40,726 nucleotides of DNA from UHGV virus genome UHGV-0389734, one strand, 5' to 3'. Under the pieces are notes generated by a model, which saw nothing but the letters and a program-made list of their open reading frames with translations, had not been told where the DNA came from and did no database searches. The first letter of the stretch is position 1, and the number at the start of each line of letters is the position of its first letter. Source of the DNA: a virus. Positions 1 to 9,757 of the stretch are shown piece by piece. Both the position numbers and the translations under genes were made by a program.

Positions 1-425
1 TTCGATATTCTCTTGTCAGATACTTCGTTCAGTCCGATCCGCACGGTACGTTCCGGATCAAAGGCAGTTACATATTCCTCAAAGCTCATTGCTCTTTCAG
101 ATTTGTACGCACCCACATTCTCATTTAACAATTCGAAGCTTAAGGACCACGCTGTTGCGGTAACTGTAAATTCATCCTTTTCCACATGGACGATATTCAG
201 GTAGTAGTCTTTTCCGTTATATACAAAGGCTACTTTATTTCCTTCTACAATATACGCCGCATCCTCATGTTTGGAACTTACCGTAAATGTGTAAGTATTT
301 GCTGTCCCCTGCAGATATTCATGGAGTTCATCGTTCCAATAATGCATAGAGTTTCGATGGGTGTTATCCAAAAATGCAAGCACCCTGTCATGTGGATTCA
401 GTACGGCAATTCTGATTTCATTCAT
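1..425 (-). CDS. 5' part of tail-associated protein (Tal-like, distal tail/tip) gene; ORF runs off window start
   Basis: ATG at 425..423 preceded by GGAGG (about 10 nt spacing) and overlapping the Dit stop codon (ATGA). My translation stays open to position 1 (MNEIRIAVLNPHDRVLAFLDNTHRNSMHYWNDELHEYLQGTANTYTFTV...). Position after Dit and the N-terminal sequence style match siphovirus Tal proteins. Confidence 0.6.
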   Translation of the reverse strand, partial: MNEIRIAVLNPHDRVLAFLDNTHRNSMHYWNDELHEYLQGTANTYTFTVSSKHEDAAYIVEGNKVAFVYNGKDYYLNIVHVEKDEFTVTATAWSLSFELLNENVGAYKSERAMSFEEYVTAFDPERTVRIGLNEVSDKRIS

Positions 426-1957
426 TATAAATACGCCTCCCTTATTTTGGCTTTAATCGTTGGCGGAGGACTGCTAAATGCCGAGTAGGAGAACTGGATC
501 TCCGTCTCTCCCGGTGGTACCAGAAAATGCTTACTTCCTCGGATTTCATCTTCCATCCGTTTCATCCCGTTTACATAAACCGCTGTATCATTTCCATCGA
601 TATAGACCACATCTCCGGACTTATACCGATTCGGCACATCTCTGTATTTTTCCACGTTATCTTTGCGGAACCAGATTTTTTTAAGATAGTTATGCGTAAC
701 CAGCTGATTCCCGAGATTCCGGTCTCCCCACTGCCCAATCCATACCTGTATCTTCTCACACGCCATGTCTTTAATCTCCGGGATAGTAAAGTAATAATAC
801 TGACCGTACCAAAAAATCCGTAGCCGGTCACCCTCTTTTAAGAAATCGTTATGCCCGCCACCCATCTTTAAATTAAATGGGTTTCCCTCATAAGCTGTCG
901 GCTGGAAATCCAGTGTCTTGATCTTCTTGTTTTGTGGTGCAAACCAGTCCACATGTGCCGTATTACCAACAGAATCGCTTTTATTTATGGACATAGAGCA
1001 GATCACTTCATTTTTTCCTGTAAGAAACGCAATGGTCTGCGCTCCTGTCTGTCCCATCAATCCAGCCTCGAACCAGTGCTGGGTATAGCAGTAAAAGTTC
1101 TTAGCCCCGCGGCTACCCTCGCTATCTGCAGGCAGGATCATGGTTTTCATTCCACCATTCCAGCTCCCCGTTGTGGCCTGCCCACCCTTTAAAGCCATTA
1201 CGCTGTATCCGGCAACGTCCCGCACTTCCAACGTTCCTTGTGTTGTGTTTTCCGGATTCTGATAGGATGTACCGTGATCATCTTGAAACAGGCTATACCC
1301 CTCCGACAATATCTCTGACGCCTTATAGTCTTCGCCATCTGCTTCTTCGATCTTGCCGAGTTGTATTGCACCGTATTTACTGGCAATCCCGATAAATCCA
1401 TTTTCATGGTTGTGAGTGATATCGTAGCTTACCGGAACGGATTCTGTACCACCGTTTACAATAGTAAGCGTCTGATATCCGCTTTCCTGATGGGCAGTAA
1501 ACGATTTTTCCGCTGCAGAATATTTCCGTGGATCACAACAATAAAAAGTAAATTCGCCTTTTACGTTCAATCTGCCTGGCTCCACATCTCCGACACTTGA
1601 TTTCGTTCCGATAAAATATTTATCCGGTTCATCTGCGAAAATCAGCTTTGCCTGTTCCTTATTTAAGATTCCAGAGAGTTTGTTGAATTTTTCCTGAAAC
1701 TCTCTCGGAGATGTACAAAGCAACTGGTACCCAACTGTAATGCTTCTGGTTGTATCTCGCTTACTCACGTACTCGGAACCATCCACAAGATCAATTTCTC
1801 TCTCCGAAATTTCTGATCCCAAAAGCTCACGACCGGTCACGTACAGAGTCCGATATCCATCAATTAGATTTTCAATATATGTCCCATCAATCTGTAGAGC
1901 CTCACTCGGCAGGGAGCTTTTACTCCCCGCTTGATTTGTATCCACAAACTCATACAT
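425..1957 (-). CDS. distal tail protein (Dit-like phage tail family protein), 510 aa
   Basis: Long minus-strand ORF immediately after the tape measure gene with overlapping start. Position and size fit a Dit with an insertion domain. Confidence 0.6.
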   Translation of the reverse strand: MYEFVDTNQAGSKSSLPSEALQIDGTYIENLIDGYRTLYVTGRELLGSEISEREIDLVDGSEYVSKRDTTRSITVGYQLLCTSPREFQEKFNKLSGILNKEQAKLIFADEPDKYFIGTKSSVGDVEPGRLNVKGEFTFYCCDPRKYSAAEKSFTAHQESGYQTLTIVNGGTESVPVSYDITHNHENGFIGIASKYGAIQLGKIEEADGEDYKASEILSEGYSLFQDDHGTSYQNPENTTQGTLEVRDVAGYSVMALKGGQATTGSWNGGMKTMILPADSEGSRGAKNFYCYTQHWFEAGLMGQTGAQTIAFLTGKNEVICSMSINKSDSVGNTAHVDWFAPQNKKIKTLDFQPTAYEGNPFNLKMGGGHNDFLKEGDRLRIFWYGQYYYFTIPEIKDMACEKIQVWIGQWGDRNLGNQLVTHNYLKKIWFRKDNVEKYRDVPNRYKSGDVVYIDGNDTAVYVNGMKRMEDEIRGSKHFLVPPGETEIQFSYSAFSSPPPTIKAKIREAYL

Positions 1958-4900
1958 GGCTTCTTTCTCCTTTCAGTCTCATCTTCATACTCTCACGTCT
2001 TTCCAGATCTTTCTGTGTAAATTCTGCCGTAACACGCGCTGCTTCTCTGCCGTTATATTCAACCGGCACAACAATTGTGTATGTAGCATTCCGGTTATAG
2101 GAATAATCACCGGAAAGTTCAGGATCTCCGGCACCGGAAAACCGCATTCTCATATCTGTGGATAATGTTGGAATCTCCACAATGTTCTGCGTAGCTTCTG
2201 CAACCTTTCTGGACATCGACTCAATTCCAAGCGCAAATCCTTCGCCTACATAGACACCCAGCCCAGCAAATACTCTTGACGGACTATGGATTTTTGCTTT
2301 TGCCCTGACTGCAGCATCTGCAGCCGCAGCCATTTGCGCTGCAACTGATCTGATATATCCCAAGGTTGACGACATACCATTTGCGAAGCCTAACCCTATG
2401 TTGTATCCGCTACTGTATGCGCCGCTTGCACCGGAAGCCAGGGATGATAATACTGCAGATACAGTTTTGGTTGCGACTGCCTGTGTCGGCTGTAGTCCGT
2501 TCTGTACACCCTCTTTTGCACTGTCCCCAAGTTTCTGTCCAGAGTTTCTCGCTTTTCCTGCGCCGTTGTCAAATGCGCTTACAATAGATTTCACCGCACT
2601 TTTCGCCTTGTTACCAAGCGCATCTAGCCCATCATTTACAATGCTTACAGAATCTTTCATGCTGGTAATGGATTTCTGCGCTGTCTTTGCGTTCTTAGCA
2701 ATGGACTTCATGCTGGAATTTACCGCCAATAATGCTGCTGCCATTGCCAGTGTTCCTGCACTTCCCGCGAGCATCGCCGCACTGAACAACAGCAATCCCG
2801 TGGTAAGCGCAAGACAGCTTGTGCCAGCTGCTAATGCCCCAGCTGAAAATACTAACAACGCTGATCCAAGAGTCAAGACAATAGATGCACCAGTAGATCC
2901 GTTAGATGTCAAAGCTGGTAACGCAAGTACAAATATACTCAATGCTGCAACAGCTGCGATAGCAGATGCGGAAAACGCCATCATAGCCACAGACAGGACA
3001 AGAACTCCGGCACACAATACAAGAACCGCCGCAGATGCAACTAATAATCCAGTTCCTAATACTACTACCGCTGCGCTTACCACCAAAGCTCCTGCGCCAA
3101 ATACAGCAAGTGATGCACCTAGTGCTAAAAGTGAAACGGATACTTGCAATCCATGCTCGGAAATAACTGGGAATAATGTAGATAACAGTGATAAACCTGC
3201 ATAAGCCAATACAGAACCTGCTCCAATAAGACCAAGACCCGATGATACAAGAATAAGTGATACACCTAAAATCATTGCTCCCACTCCGGCAATCATTGCC
3301 ACTGATCCAAAAACAGCAAGGCTGCTAGCTAGTGCCACAAGACTAATTGCATTCTCAAGAGCATTCGCTGCTAACATAGGCAAACAAGAAGCTAATTTCA
3401 TCAACCCTTCTGCGGCTAACAAAGCGCCGGTTCCTAATAACATCATTCCTGCCCCGATAATTAACACGCCAGCTGCCACCACAAGTAATGATGCCGATAC
3501 CAAAGCAAGACCTGCTCCTACGACCATAAGTCCGGCGCCGAGAATAATACTTCCCGCTCCTGCGAGTGTTGCTCCTGCTGCAAAAGCCATCATCGCAAGA
3601 GATAATTGCAAGATTGCCGTAGCGCCCTCTGTGCCGTAAGCTGTCACAATCGGAAGTACCGCAGCTACCACTGCAAGCGCAGCTCCTGCCAGCAATGCTC
3701 CAACTCCAACCAGTAGTGCTGCCGCCCCAAATGCAACCAGTCCGATTGAAGCTGCTGTAAGAGCTGGTCCCACTGCTGCAGCTACAACCATTAAGGCACC
3801 GATTGCCACAATCAGGCCAAACATAACTCCGACAGCTAAAGGTCCTGCATTTGCTAAAGATATAGATGCAGTAGTTAATAACATCATTCCTGCTGCCGCC
3901 ACAAGGACTGCTGCGCCGAAAGCAAGCAAGCCGACAGCTCCTGCGGTCAATGCCGATCCTACCATTTTTGCAACAATCATAAGACCTGCGATTGCCGCTA
4001 CCATACCAACCATCACACCAATTGCAAGTGGTCCCGCACTGGCGAGATTGATCGCTGCGCTGGATAAGACATAAAAAGCGGCGCTCACCATCAATAAACT
4101 CACCCCAAAAGCAATCATCGCTTTTGACATTGCTGCAAGTTTTTTCGTTCCACCGGACATTGTAGATAGCATTTTCATCATTCCGAGCCCGAGACCTGCC
4201 ACAACTACTACAAGTCCTGCGAGTACACCCACCGCCAACGGACCTGAATCCGCCACTGCTTTTGCTCCTTGCGCAAGCAAAAAGAAACCACCACTAATCA
4301 AAGCAACTCCGGCACCCAACATCATGAATGCTTTAGCAGATGCAAGCATTTTCTTGGAACTTGTAGCACTACTTTTACCGACCGCTTCTTGCCCTTTGGA
4401 AATTCCAAACAATTTTCCGGCAATCGTACTAATCCCTGCGCCGGCAAGACCTGCAATCGCACTGGTGAATGCACCTACAAACGGGGCAACACTTTTTGCA
4501 ATCTTAAAGCCTTTATATGCCACGAAAAGCTGCGGGAGATTTGATATTACTTTCGCGATAATCTCGGAATGCTCCTCTAGGAATCCAGCAAAGCTTTTCA
4601 ATGCTCCGCTCGCAGAATCCATTGCACTGCTAAAAGAACTGATGCTTTCCGTGGAGCCAAACGCACCAGTAATCTTTCCGAGATCTTCTCCAATTGCGGA
4701 AAAAGCATCTCCAAAAGCGGTCTTCACTTCTAATGCTTCTGTTTTTAAAACATTCCAGTACCCGCTTGCTTTATCGAGAAATCCAGTTAATTTTCCTGCG
4801 ATTGCATCTCCATCAAGATCTCCAATTTTATTAATTATCCCGTCCAAAGATTTAATCGCTCGACCGGATAAAACATCAAATGACGGTGCCAGCTTATTGC

Positions 4901-5627
4901 TTACTGTTTCGGTCAGACCATCCATTGCCTGATCTACAGTCTTGTACTCTGTAGCAAGCTTCGTAAACGCGTCATTTGTGCCGACTTTTGCGATAGCATC
5001 AAAGAAATCTTCTGTCGCGATTTTTCCGTCCTGCACATTCTGCACCAGCTCCGTGGTAGTCATGCCCATTTCTTTTGCGACTGCCGATATACCTGCCGGA
5101 GTCTGCTCAATCATGAGTTTAAAGTCCGCCCAAGCAACCGTTGGTTTCGCTGCCATCTGTGTAGCCTGCTGGCTTAAAGTCTTCATTGCCTGTTTTGGAT
5201 TCTCAGCTGCCGCCGCAAGCCCTCCGAATCCCTTTACAAGCTTGTTCGTGCTTTTAATACCTACTGCACTCAACTGCGCATAAGTACTCGCCATATCAGA
5301 TGCGCTGTAAATAGTATCTTCTGCAAACTCTTGCAATTCCTTTTTTACAGATGCAATCTCGTCAGCGCCTTTGCCAACTATCGACATGTTTCCGTTAAAT
5401 GTTTTCCATGCAGCACTGGAAGAATTTAATTCCGACACCATACCGCCAATACTGGATGTGACAGCACCAAATGCCTTTTGTCCAATTCCGGCCATGATTC
5501 CAAATCCGATTCCACTTGTGAGCGTGTTTTTTAAATTGCTTACGGTACCCATTGCAGATTTGAAAGCAGACGTAAATCCTCTATCCTGCGCAGATAATAT
5601 TGCCTTTACGGAAAAACTTTCTGCCAT
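1950..5627 (-). CDS. tail tape measure protein, 1225 aa
   Basis: Very long ORF with an Ala/Gly/Leu-rich multi-transmembrane central region and a charged helical N-terminal part. Lies between the tail chaperone ORFs and Dit. Confidence 0.85.
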   Translation of the reverse strand: MAESFSVKAILSAQDRGFTSAFKSAMGTVSNLKNTLTSGIGFGIMAGIGQKAFGAVTSSIGGMVSELNSSSAAWKTFNGNMSIVGKGADEIASVKKELQEFAEDTIYSASDMASTYAQLSAVGIKSTNKLVKGFGGLAAAAENPKQAMKTLSQQATQMAAKPTVAWADFKLMIEQTPAGISAVAKEMGMTTTELVQNVQDGKIATEDFFDAIAKVGTNDAFTKLATEYKTVDQAMDGLTETVSNKLAPSFDVLSGRAIKSLDGIINKIGDLDGDAIAGKLTGFLDKASGYWNVLKTEALEVKTAFGDAFSAIGEDLGKITGAFGSTESISSFSSAMDSASGALKSFAGFLEEHSEIIAKVISNLPQLFVAYKGFKIAKSVAPFVGAFTSAIAGLAGAGISTIAGKLFGISKGQEAVGKSSATSSKKMLASAKAFMMLGAGVALISGGFFLLAQGAKAVADSGPLAVGVLAGLVVVVAGLGLGMMKMLSTMSGGTKKLAAMSKAMIAFGVSLLMVSAAFYVLSSAAINLASAGPLAIGVMVGMVAAIAGLMIVAKMVGSALTAGAVGLLAFGAAVLVAAAGMMLLTTASISLANAGPLAVGVMFGLIVAIGALMVVAAAVGPALTAASIGLVAFGAAALLVGVGALLAGAALAVVAAVLPIVTAYGTEGATAILQLSLAMMAFAAGATLAGAGSIILGAGLMVVGAGLALVSASLLVVAAGVLIIGAGMMLLGTGALLAAEGLMKLASCLPMLAANALENAISLVALASSLAVFGSVAMIAGVGAMILGVSLILVSSGLGLIGAGSVLAYAGLSLLSTLFPVISEHGLQVSVSLLALGASLAVFGAGALVVSAAVVVLGTGLLVASAAVLVLCAGVLVLSVAMMAFSASAIAAVAALSIFVLALPALTSNGSTGASIVLTLGSALLVFSAGALAAGTSCLALTTGLLLFSAAMLAGSAGTLAMAAALLAVNSSMKSIAKNAKTAQKSITSMKDSVSIVNDGLDALGNKAKSAVKSIVSAFDNGAGKARNSGQKLGDSAKEGVQNGLQPTQAVATKTVSAVLSSLASGASGAYSSGYNIGLGFANGMSSTLGYIRSVAAQMAAAADAAVRAKAKIHSPSRVFAGLGVYVGEGFALGIESMSRKVAEATQNIVEIPTLSTDMRMRFSGAGDPELSGDYSYNRNATYTIVVPVEYNGREAARVTAEFTQKDLERRESMKMRLKGERSHV

Positions 5628-5631
5628 GCCA

Positions 5632-5940
5632 TCACTCTCCTTTCATCATTCTGCCGATTATGTCTAATCTTTCATTTTTTTGCTTTCGGTTCCTCACGCA
5701 ATCTACTTCTTTTTCGTAATCAAAGAATTTTCTGAATCTCTGATACACTTGTTTTGTCTTATTCTTTCCGACCTTTTTCTCCGCTTTTACGGCAAGATTT
5801 AAAAACGCCTGCAGATGATTTCGATAGTCCTTATCTACTTCTCTCAACCGTACAGCTTCCATGAGTAAGGTGTATTCCGGAATTGTCAGCCTGTCCACTT
5901 CTTCGAAACTCTTAAATCCCAGATACCGAAAACAATTCAA
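5632..5940 (-). CDS. tail assembly chaperone, frameshift-extension ORF (T-like)
   Basis: ORF with no ATG and no Shine-Dalgarno (track start is TTG). It lies in the -1 frame relative to the upstream chaperone ORF and stays open across that ORF's 3' end. Confidence 0.5.
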   Translation of the reverse strand: MNCFRYLGFKSFEEVDRLTIPEYTLLMEAVRLREVDKDYRNHLQAFLNLAVKAEKKVGKNKTKQVYQRFRKFFDYEKEVDCVRNRKQKNERLDIIGRMMKGE

Positions 5941-5969
5941 AGCTGCTTCTTTGTAGTATTCTTCAAACC

Positions 5970-6380
5970 CTACATCATCAGCTCTCTTTTCCGCGCTTCT
6001 TCCTCTTCCACTCTCTGTTTCTCTTTCTCCACAGCATCCAGAAGTTCCTTCGTTGTCCTCTTCGTAGCATTCGCACTCTTTAAGAAACCCATTACTGTAT
6101 CTGTAAGTTCATCGATATCTGTATTCTCGTCATCGATATAACCATCGAGCAGATCTCTTGTTGCTCTTGGGTTCTGCCCTTTATTCGCAACGTCAAGAAT
6201 ATTCACAAGAGCTTCTGGATCCCCATCCATCAAATTCATAAGCGCGTACCGGAACCCTACATCTTTTTTAACTCCAGGTGCTCCATCTATCGGCACATTT
6301 GTCTGCTTGTTTATCTCTCTCAAAAATCCCATTCCAAAGTTAAACTGGTACACCTGTCCGTTAATTGTTAATTCCATCAT
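5970..6380 (-). CDS. tail assembly chaperone (G-like), 136 aa
   Basis: Between the major tail and tape measure genes. GGAGG RBS directly after the upstream terminator T-run. Confidence 0.6.
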   Translation of the reverse strand: MMELTINGQVYQFNFGMGFLREINKQTNVPIDGAPGVKKDVGFRYALMNLMDGDPEALVNILDVANKGQNPRATRDLLDGYIDDENTDIDELTDTVMGFLKSANATKRTTKELLDAVEKEKQRVEEEEARKRELMM

Positions 6381-6395
6381 TTTTTATTCCTCCAT

Positions 6396-6427
6396 TAAAA
6401 AGAGAGCGGTCTTGCCGCCCTCTATGT
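6396..6427 (-). terminator. Rho-independent terminator after major tail gene
   Basis: Minus-strand AGAGGGCGG-caaga-CCGCTCTCT hairpin (9 bp) followed by TTTTT, directly upstream of the RBS of the chaperone gene. Confidence 0.6.
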
Positions 6428-6502
6428 ACATGATCTATTCTTTTTCTACTTTTGCCTTTCCTACTTTACCTCTGCCAATTAAGGCTACATCGTCAGAGGG
6501 CA

Positions 6503-7030
6503 TTATTCCCCCTCTTTCACGCTGTCCTTAAACACGTAATTCGCGATTTCCTGCTGCTGCGTTGTCACGGTTACATCTCCGCGTTTACCTGATCCGTTGA
6601 TGCCAAAAGTAAGGGATACTTCCACATTCTCATCTGCAGAAGACGTGACCTCAACTTCTGTGAGATATCCTTGGAAATACATTCCCTTAAATTTATTCGG
6701 ACCCGCTTCCGCTGCTTCTTCAAGGTTTACTTCCCAAATTTCAAGAAGTTTATCGGAATCCATAGCATCCTCAAGTTCTGTGATCAATTTATCGCCTTTT
6801 GCCAAAACCGCAGTGGCTGTAATTTCTGTCTCCGCAGCTCCTGGTGTACGGATTGTACCGTCTTTCGTTGCAGTAGAATCTGCATCCTTACTCTTGGTTC
6901 TTCCATTCTCCGTTGTAAACGCAAGATTCTTTGCTGCTTCCTGTTTCGCTTTTTCTGCAAGGCGGTACAAATATACAATTTTCTTGCCGGATACCGCCTC
7001 TGCAAATAACTGTAAACCTGTCTTAAACAT
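6503..7030 (-). CDS. major tail protein (TP901-1-like size, 175 aa) with N-terminal LQLFAE motif
   Basis: Position before the chaperone pair and the size fit. N-terminus MFKTGLQLFAEA shares the LQLFA motif with the scaffold and capsid proteins. Confidence 0.6.
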   Translation of the reverse strand: MFKTGLQLFAEAVSGKKIVYLYRLAEKAKQEAAKNLAFTTENGRTKSKDADSTATKDGTIRTPGAAETEITATAVLAKGDKLITELEDAMDSDKLLEIWEVNLEEAAEAGPNKFKGMYFQGYLTEVEVTSSADENVEVSLTFGINGSGKRGDVTVTTQQQEIANYVFKDSVKEGE

Positions 7031-7044
7031 GCTTTTTCTCCTCT

Positions 7045-7428
7045 CTAACTAAAACTAAATTCTATTTCTAGCAACCCATGTAAAAGAGGCTGCTTTGTTG
7101 TTGTGTCCGGTAAAATTCTTTGATTTACATTCCGGACATCCCATGCAAAATTTTCGGTATGATCCAGTCTTCTGCACACATTTTTAATCGCCAGCAGCAT
7201 TTTTGATACCGTTCCTCTCTGCCTAGGATTGTTGTGCCAGACATGAATTGTCTGATACACATTGCCAAACACAGCTGTTTTATTGGCATCGTCCGTCTGT
7301 TGGCTATCTGCAAGATAAACAAAAGGATACGGCGTACCATCCGGCGGTAAGAAGCCGTCATATACGTCATATCCTAATGCTTTGATCTCTGTAAGTAATT
7401 CTGTAAATAATTCTTGCTGTGGATCCAT
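7045..7428 (-). CDS. head-tail joining / tail completion protein
   Basis: Small ORF in the conserved connector gene block between the head and tail genes. Confidence 0.45.
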   Translation of the reverse strand: MDPQQELFTELLTEIKALGYDVYDGFLPPDGTPYPFVYLADSQQTDDANKTAVFGNVYQTIHVWHNNPRQRGTVSKMLLAIKNVCRRLDHTENFAWDVRNVNQRILPDTTTKQPLLHGLLEIEFSFS

Positions 7429-7431
7429 GTC

Positions 7432-7767
7432 TCACCTCACAAGCTTTTGTAAATCTTTTTCAAACTGCTTCTTCTGCTCCTCAAATGCGGGTTTTAAATA
7501 CGGCTGCGCTTCCATGAATCGTGTTCCGAGTTCCACATATGGAGCATACTCCGCAGTAGGTTCCACAGTCGCAGTCATCCCATTATCTGACAAATCAAGA
7601 CCTATACTCCGCTTCAAAGTCCCGGTATCAACCGGCGCATTTCTCTGTGATTTTGCTTGCATATCAGCTCCGTTTTTTCGGACAACTGTCTTAACTGCAT
7701 TCAGATCCATTCTTTTCTTCAAACCTTTATCCAGCTTTGCGATTCCCTTAAATTTAATTTCTGCCAC
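7432..7767 (-). CDS. HK97 gp10-like head-tail joining protein
   Basis: 111 aa, position in the connector block. N-terminus MAEIKFKGIAKLDKGLKK is typical of the gp10 family. Confidence 0.5.
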   Translation of the reverse strand: MAEIKFKGIAKLDKGLKKRMDLNAVKTVVRKNGADMQAKSQRNAPVDTGTLKRSIGLDLSDNGMTATVEPTAEYAPYVELGTRFMEAQPYLKPAFEEQKKQFEKDLQKLVR

Positions 7768-8068
7768 TTTGCACCTCCGATACTACAAACACATGCTTTG
7801 TCCGCAGTTTTCGTTCAAAATCCACTCTGTATAAGGCGTTTCCTATCCGGATACGATCAAACGGCTTTTTGTAATGCGTCTGCAATTGAATTGTAAGACT
7901 TCCTTGTTTAATGCTGCCATAAATCAGGTTCATCGTTTCTGTTCCGGTATCTGAAACGCTTCCGTACTTCTTCACTTCCGTCACGTGGTCATCTGCGTAA
8001 TCACCAGTATCTGGATTGTACGCTCCATGTTCTACCGTCTGAAAATATACAGCTTTATCATACCTCAT
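7754..8068 (-). CDS. head closure / head-tail adaptor protein
   Basis: 104 aa ORF in the connector block, overlapping its neighbours. Confidence 0.45.
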   Translation of the reverse strand: MRYDKAVYFQTVEHGAYNPDTGDYADDHVTEVKKYGSVSDTGTETMNLIYGSIKQGSLTIQLQTHYKKPFDRIRIGNALYRVDFERKLRTKHVFVVSEVQSGRN

Positions 8069-8391
8069 AGGAATCGCACCCTCCCACGTTTTACCCCGTC
8101 TACAGAGTCAAGATACGCTTGTATTTCGTCCATATAGGCGGAAAAATCATTTTCATTGTACGTAGTACTTTCTCCAGCCACGCTATGTGAGGACATGCCC
8201 TCAGAGCCAATGCGGTTAAACCGGATCACTGCCACATCCGTAACGATATGCTGCATACTCGATGGCACTTCCATGCCACCAAGAAGCAGTTTCAAACGAT
8301 TTCGCACAGATTCCAGAATCAGTAAAAGCTTTTCATCGGAATCCCTATCGGAAACGTCAATTCCCAGAAGAATTTTTAAATCATCCAACAT
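8065..8391 (-). CDS. gp6-like head-tail connector protein
   Basis: 108 aa. N-terminus MLDDLKILLGIDVSDRDSDEKLLLILESV resembles the phage gp6-like connector family. Confidence 0.55.
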   Translation of the reverse strand: MLDDLKILLGIDVSDRDSDEKLLLILESVRNRLKLLLGGMEVPSSMQHIVTDVAVIRFNRIGSEGMSSHSVAGESTTYNENDFSAYMDEIQAYLDSVDGVKRGRVRFL

Positions 8392-8405
8392 TCAATTTCA
8401 ACTCC

Positions 8406-8735
8406 TTACGAATTCGCCATAATCCCCTGTTTTTTCATCTCCGCAAGAATCGCATTGATTTTGTTTTTCAGATCAGTCGCTGTTTCTGTCGACAAATCTG
8501 CAATCAAAGCCATCTGTTTCACACCACCCAGCGTTGTTTTGTTCGCCGCTGGAAGAGTGTAACTTGGTCCCGCAGGTCCCTGTGCGCCCGGATCTCCCTT
8601 GTCTCCTTTCGGTCCTACTGCTCCTGCTGGTCCTGCCGGTCCAACCTGCTCGTTCTTCACGCCCTGCTCTAACTTATTCAGTTTCTCCGCTGTAATAACG
8701 TCTCCATCACTCCATGTTGTTGGTGTATATGCCAT
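8406..8735 (-). CDS. small collagen-like (Gly-X-Y) head-associated protein, 109 aa
   Basis: Contains GPAGPAGAVGPKGDKGDPGAQGPAGP. GGAGG RBS. Sits immediately after the capsid gene and the conserved element E1. Confidence 0.5.
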   Translation of the reverse strand: MAYTPTTWSDGDVITAEKLNKLEQGVKNEQVGPAGPAGAVGPKGDKGDPGAQGPAGPSYTLPAANKTTLGGVKQMALIADLSTETATDLKNKINAILAEMKKQGIMANS

Positions 8736-8825
8736 ATCTACTACCTCCGTTATATTATTTCGCTTTTCCTACTTTTGCCTTTCCGATCTTCCCACTGCCA
8801 ATCAAGGCGGTATTGTCAGTGGGTA

Positions 8826-9749
8826 CTACCCCACCGACACTTTAACTACAGCTTTCTTGTTGTCATTCGGAATAAATTCTCCAGCCTTACCAGCTCCCTG
8901 CAAAGCTACACCGTCAAAATCCTCGGATTCGATCGTTCTCGCTGTGTTAATTCCGGTAAATGCTTTTGCAACGCCGGCAATATAAGCATAGGCACATTCT
9001 TTAGACTGGAATAATTCATCTGGAATCTCTTCTACAAGGAATCCCTTGAACTTCACAACTTCATTGCCATCAATGTTTACAGTGGAGTTTTTAGCAGTTG
9101 TATTCAAAGGATGATCCGAAACGGCATTGTACAGATCGGAGCAAACCTTAATTTTTTTCGTTCCAACTGCTTCGATGTTGTTAAAATACTTAGACAGCTC
9201 ATTAAACAGCTTTAATACATTGTCTTCTGTATAATCAGTAACACTTAAAGTTTTTCCGGAAGATGTGGAAATAAATTTTCCATGCTGCTTATTAAACTGC
9301 TTTGTTTTTGCCCGAGACTGCAGTTCCAAGCGATCTGCTACCGCAACATCAAAATCATTATTTACGGTGTGGCGGTCAATCCCCTCATGGAAATTCCATC
9401 CCCAAGAGTAATTAACCGGTGTGTTAGTGTAAATAATCTCTGTTCTTTCTCCGAAACGGCTAGAATTACCGGTTCCCGTTCCAAAAGCTTTCGTTTTCGT
9501 TTTATCATATCCGGTACCAACCACAACCGGAATGTCTGATGTCTTTACATAAAACGCTGTTTCATTCTCTCTAACACCATCAAGTACCTCAATTTCGCCG
9601 CCGAAAAAATCCGCGAAATAGGACATCTTTTTAAATACTGCCTGCAAAAGACTTTTAAACTCAAGCTGGTAGCTTCTTACCGGCATATCATTATTGTCTC
9701 CTGCCGCAAATAACTGTAACATCATAAATTCTCTGTTCTTCATCTTCAC
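8826..9749 (-). CDS. major capsid protein, 307 aa, with N-terminal MLQLFA propeptide motif
   Basis: Follows the scaffold gene. Size fits. N-terminus MKMKNREFMMLQLFAAG. Confidence 0.7.
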   Translation of the reverse strand: MKMKNREFMMLQLFAAGDNNDMPVRSYQLEFKSLLQAVFKKMSYFADFFGGEIEVLDGVRENETAFYVKTSDIPVVVGTGYDKTKTKAFGTGTGNSSRFGERTEIIYTNTPVNYSWGWNFHEGIDRHTVNNDFDVAVADRLELQSRAKTKQFNKQHGKFISTSSGKTLSVTDYTEDNVLKLFNELSKYFNNIEAVGTKKIKVCSDLYNAVSDHPLNTTAKNSTVNIDGNEVVKFKGFLVEEIPDELFQSKECAYAYIAGVAKAFTGINTARTIESEDFDGVALQGAGKAGEFIPNDNKKAVVKVSVG

Positions 9750-9757
9750 ATTCTCCT

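Noticed and set aside
571-1407. Internal ORFs 571-831(-), 932-1192(+), 1198-1407(-) inside the Dit gene
   Set aside because: Nested within or overlapping the 510-aa Dit ORF in other frames; no independent signals.
2398-4932. Long plus-strand ORFs (2398-3204, 4324-4932) inside the tape measure gene
   Set aside because: They are antisense to a convincing 1225-aa tape measure ORF. They are low-complexity Ala/Pro/Thr-rich shadows of the GC-rich repetitive codons and have no RBS.
7125-7370. 81-aa ORF nested in another frame inside 7045-7428
   Set aside because: Fully nested within a connector-block gene that fits the conserved synteny.
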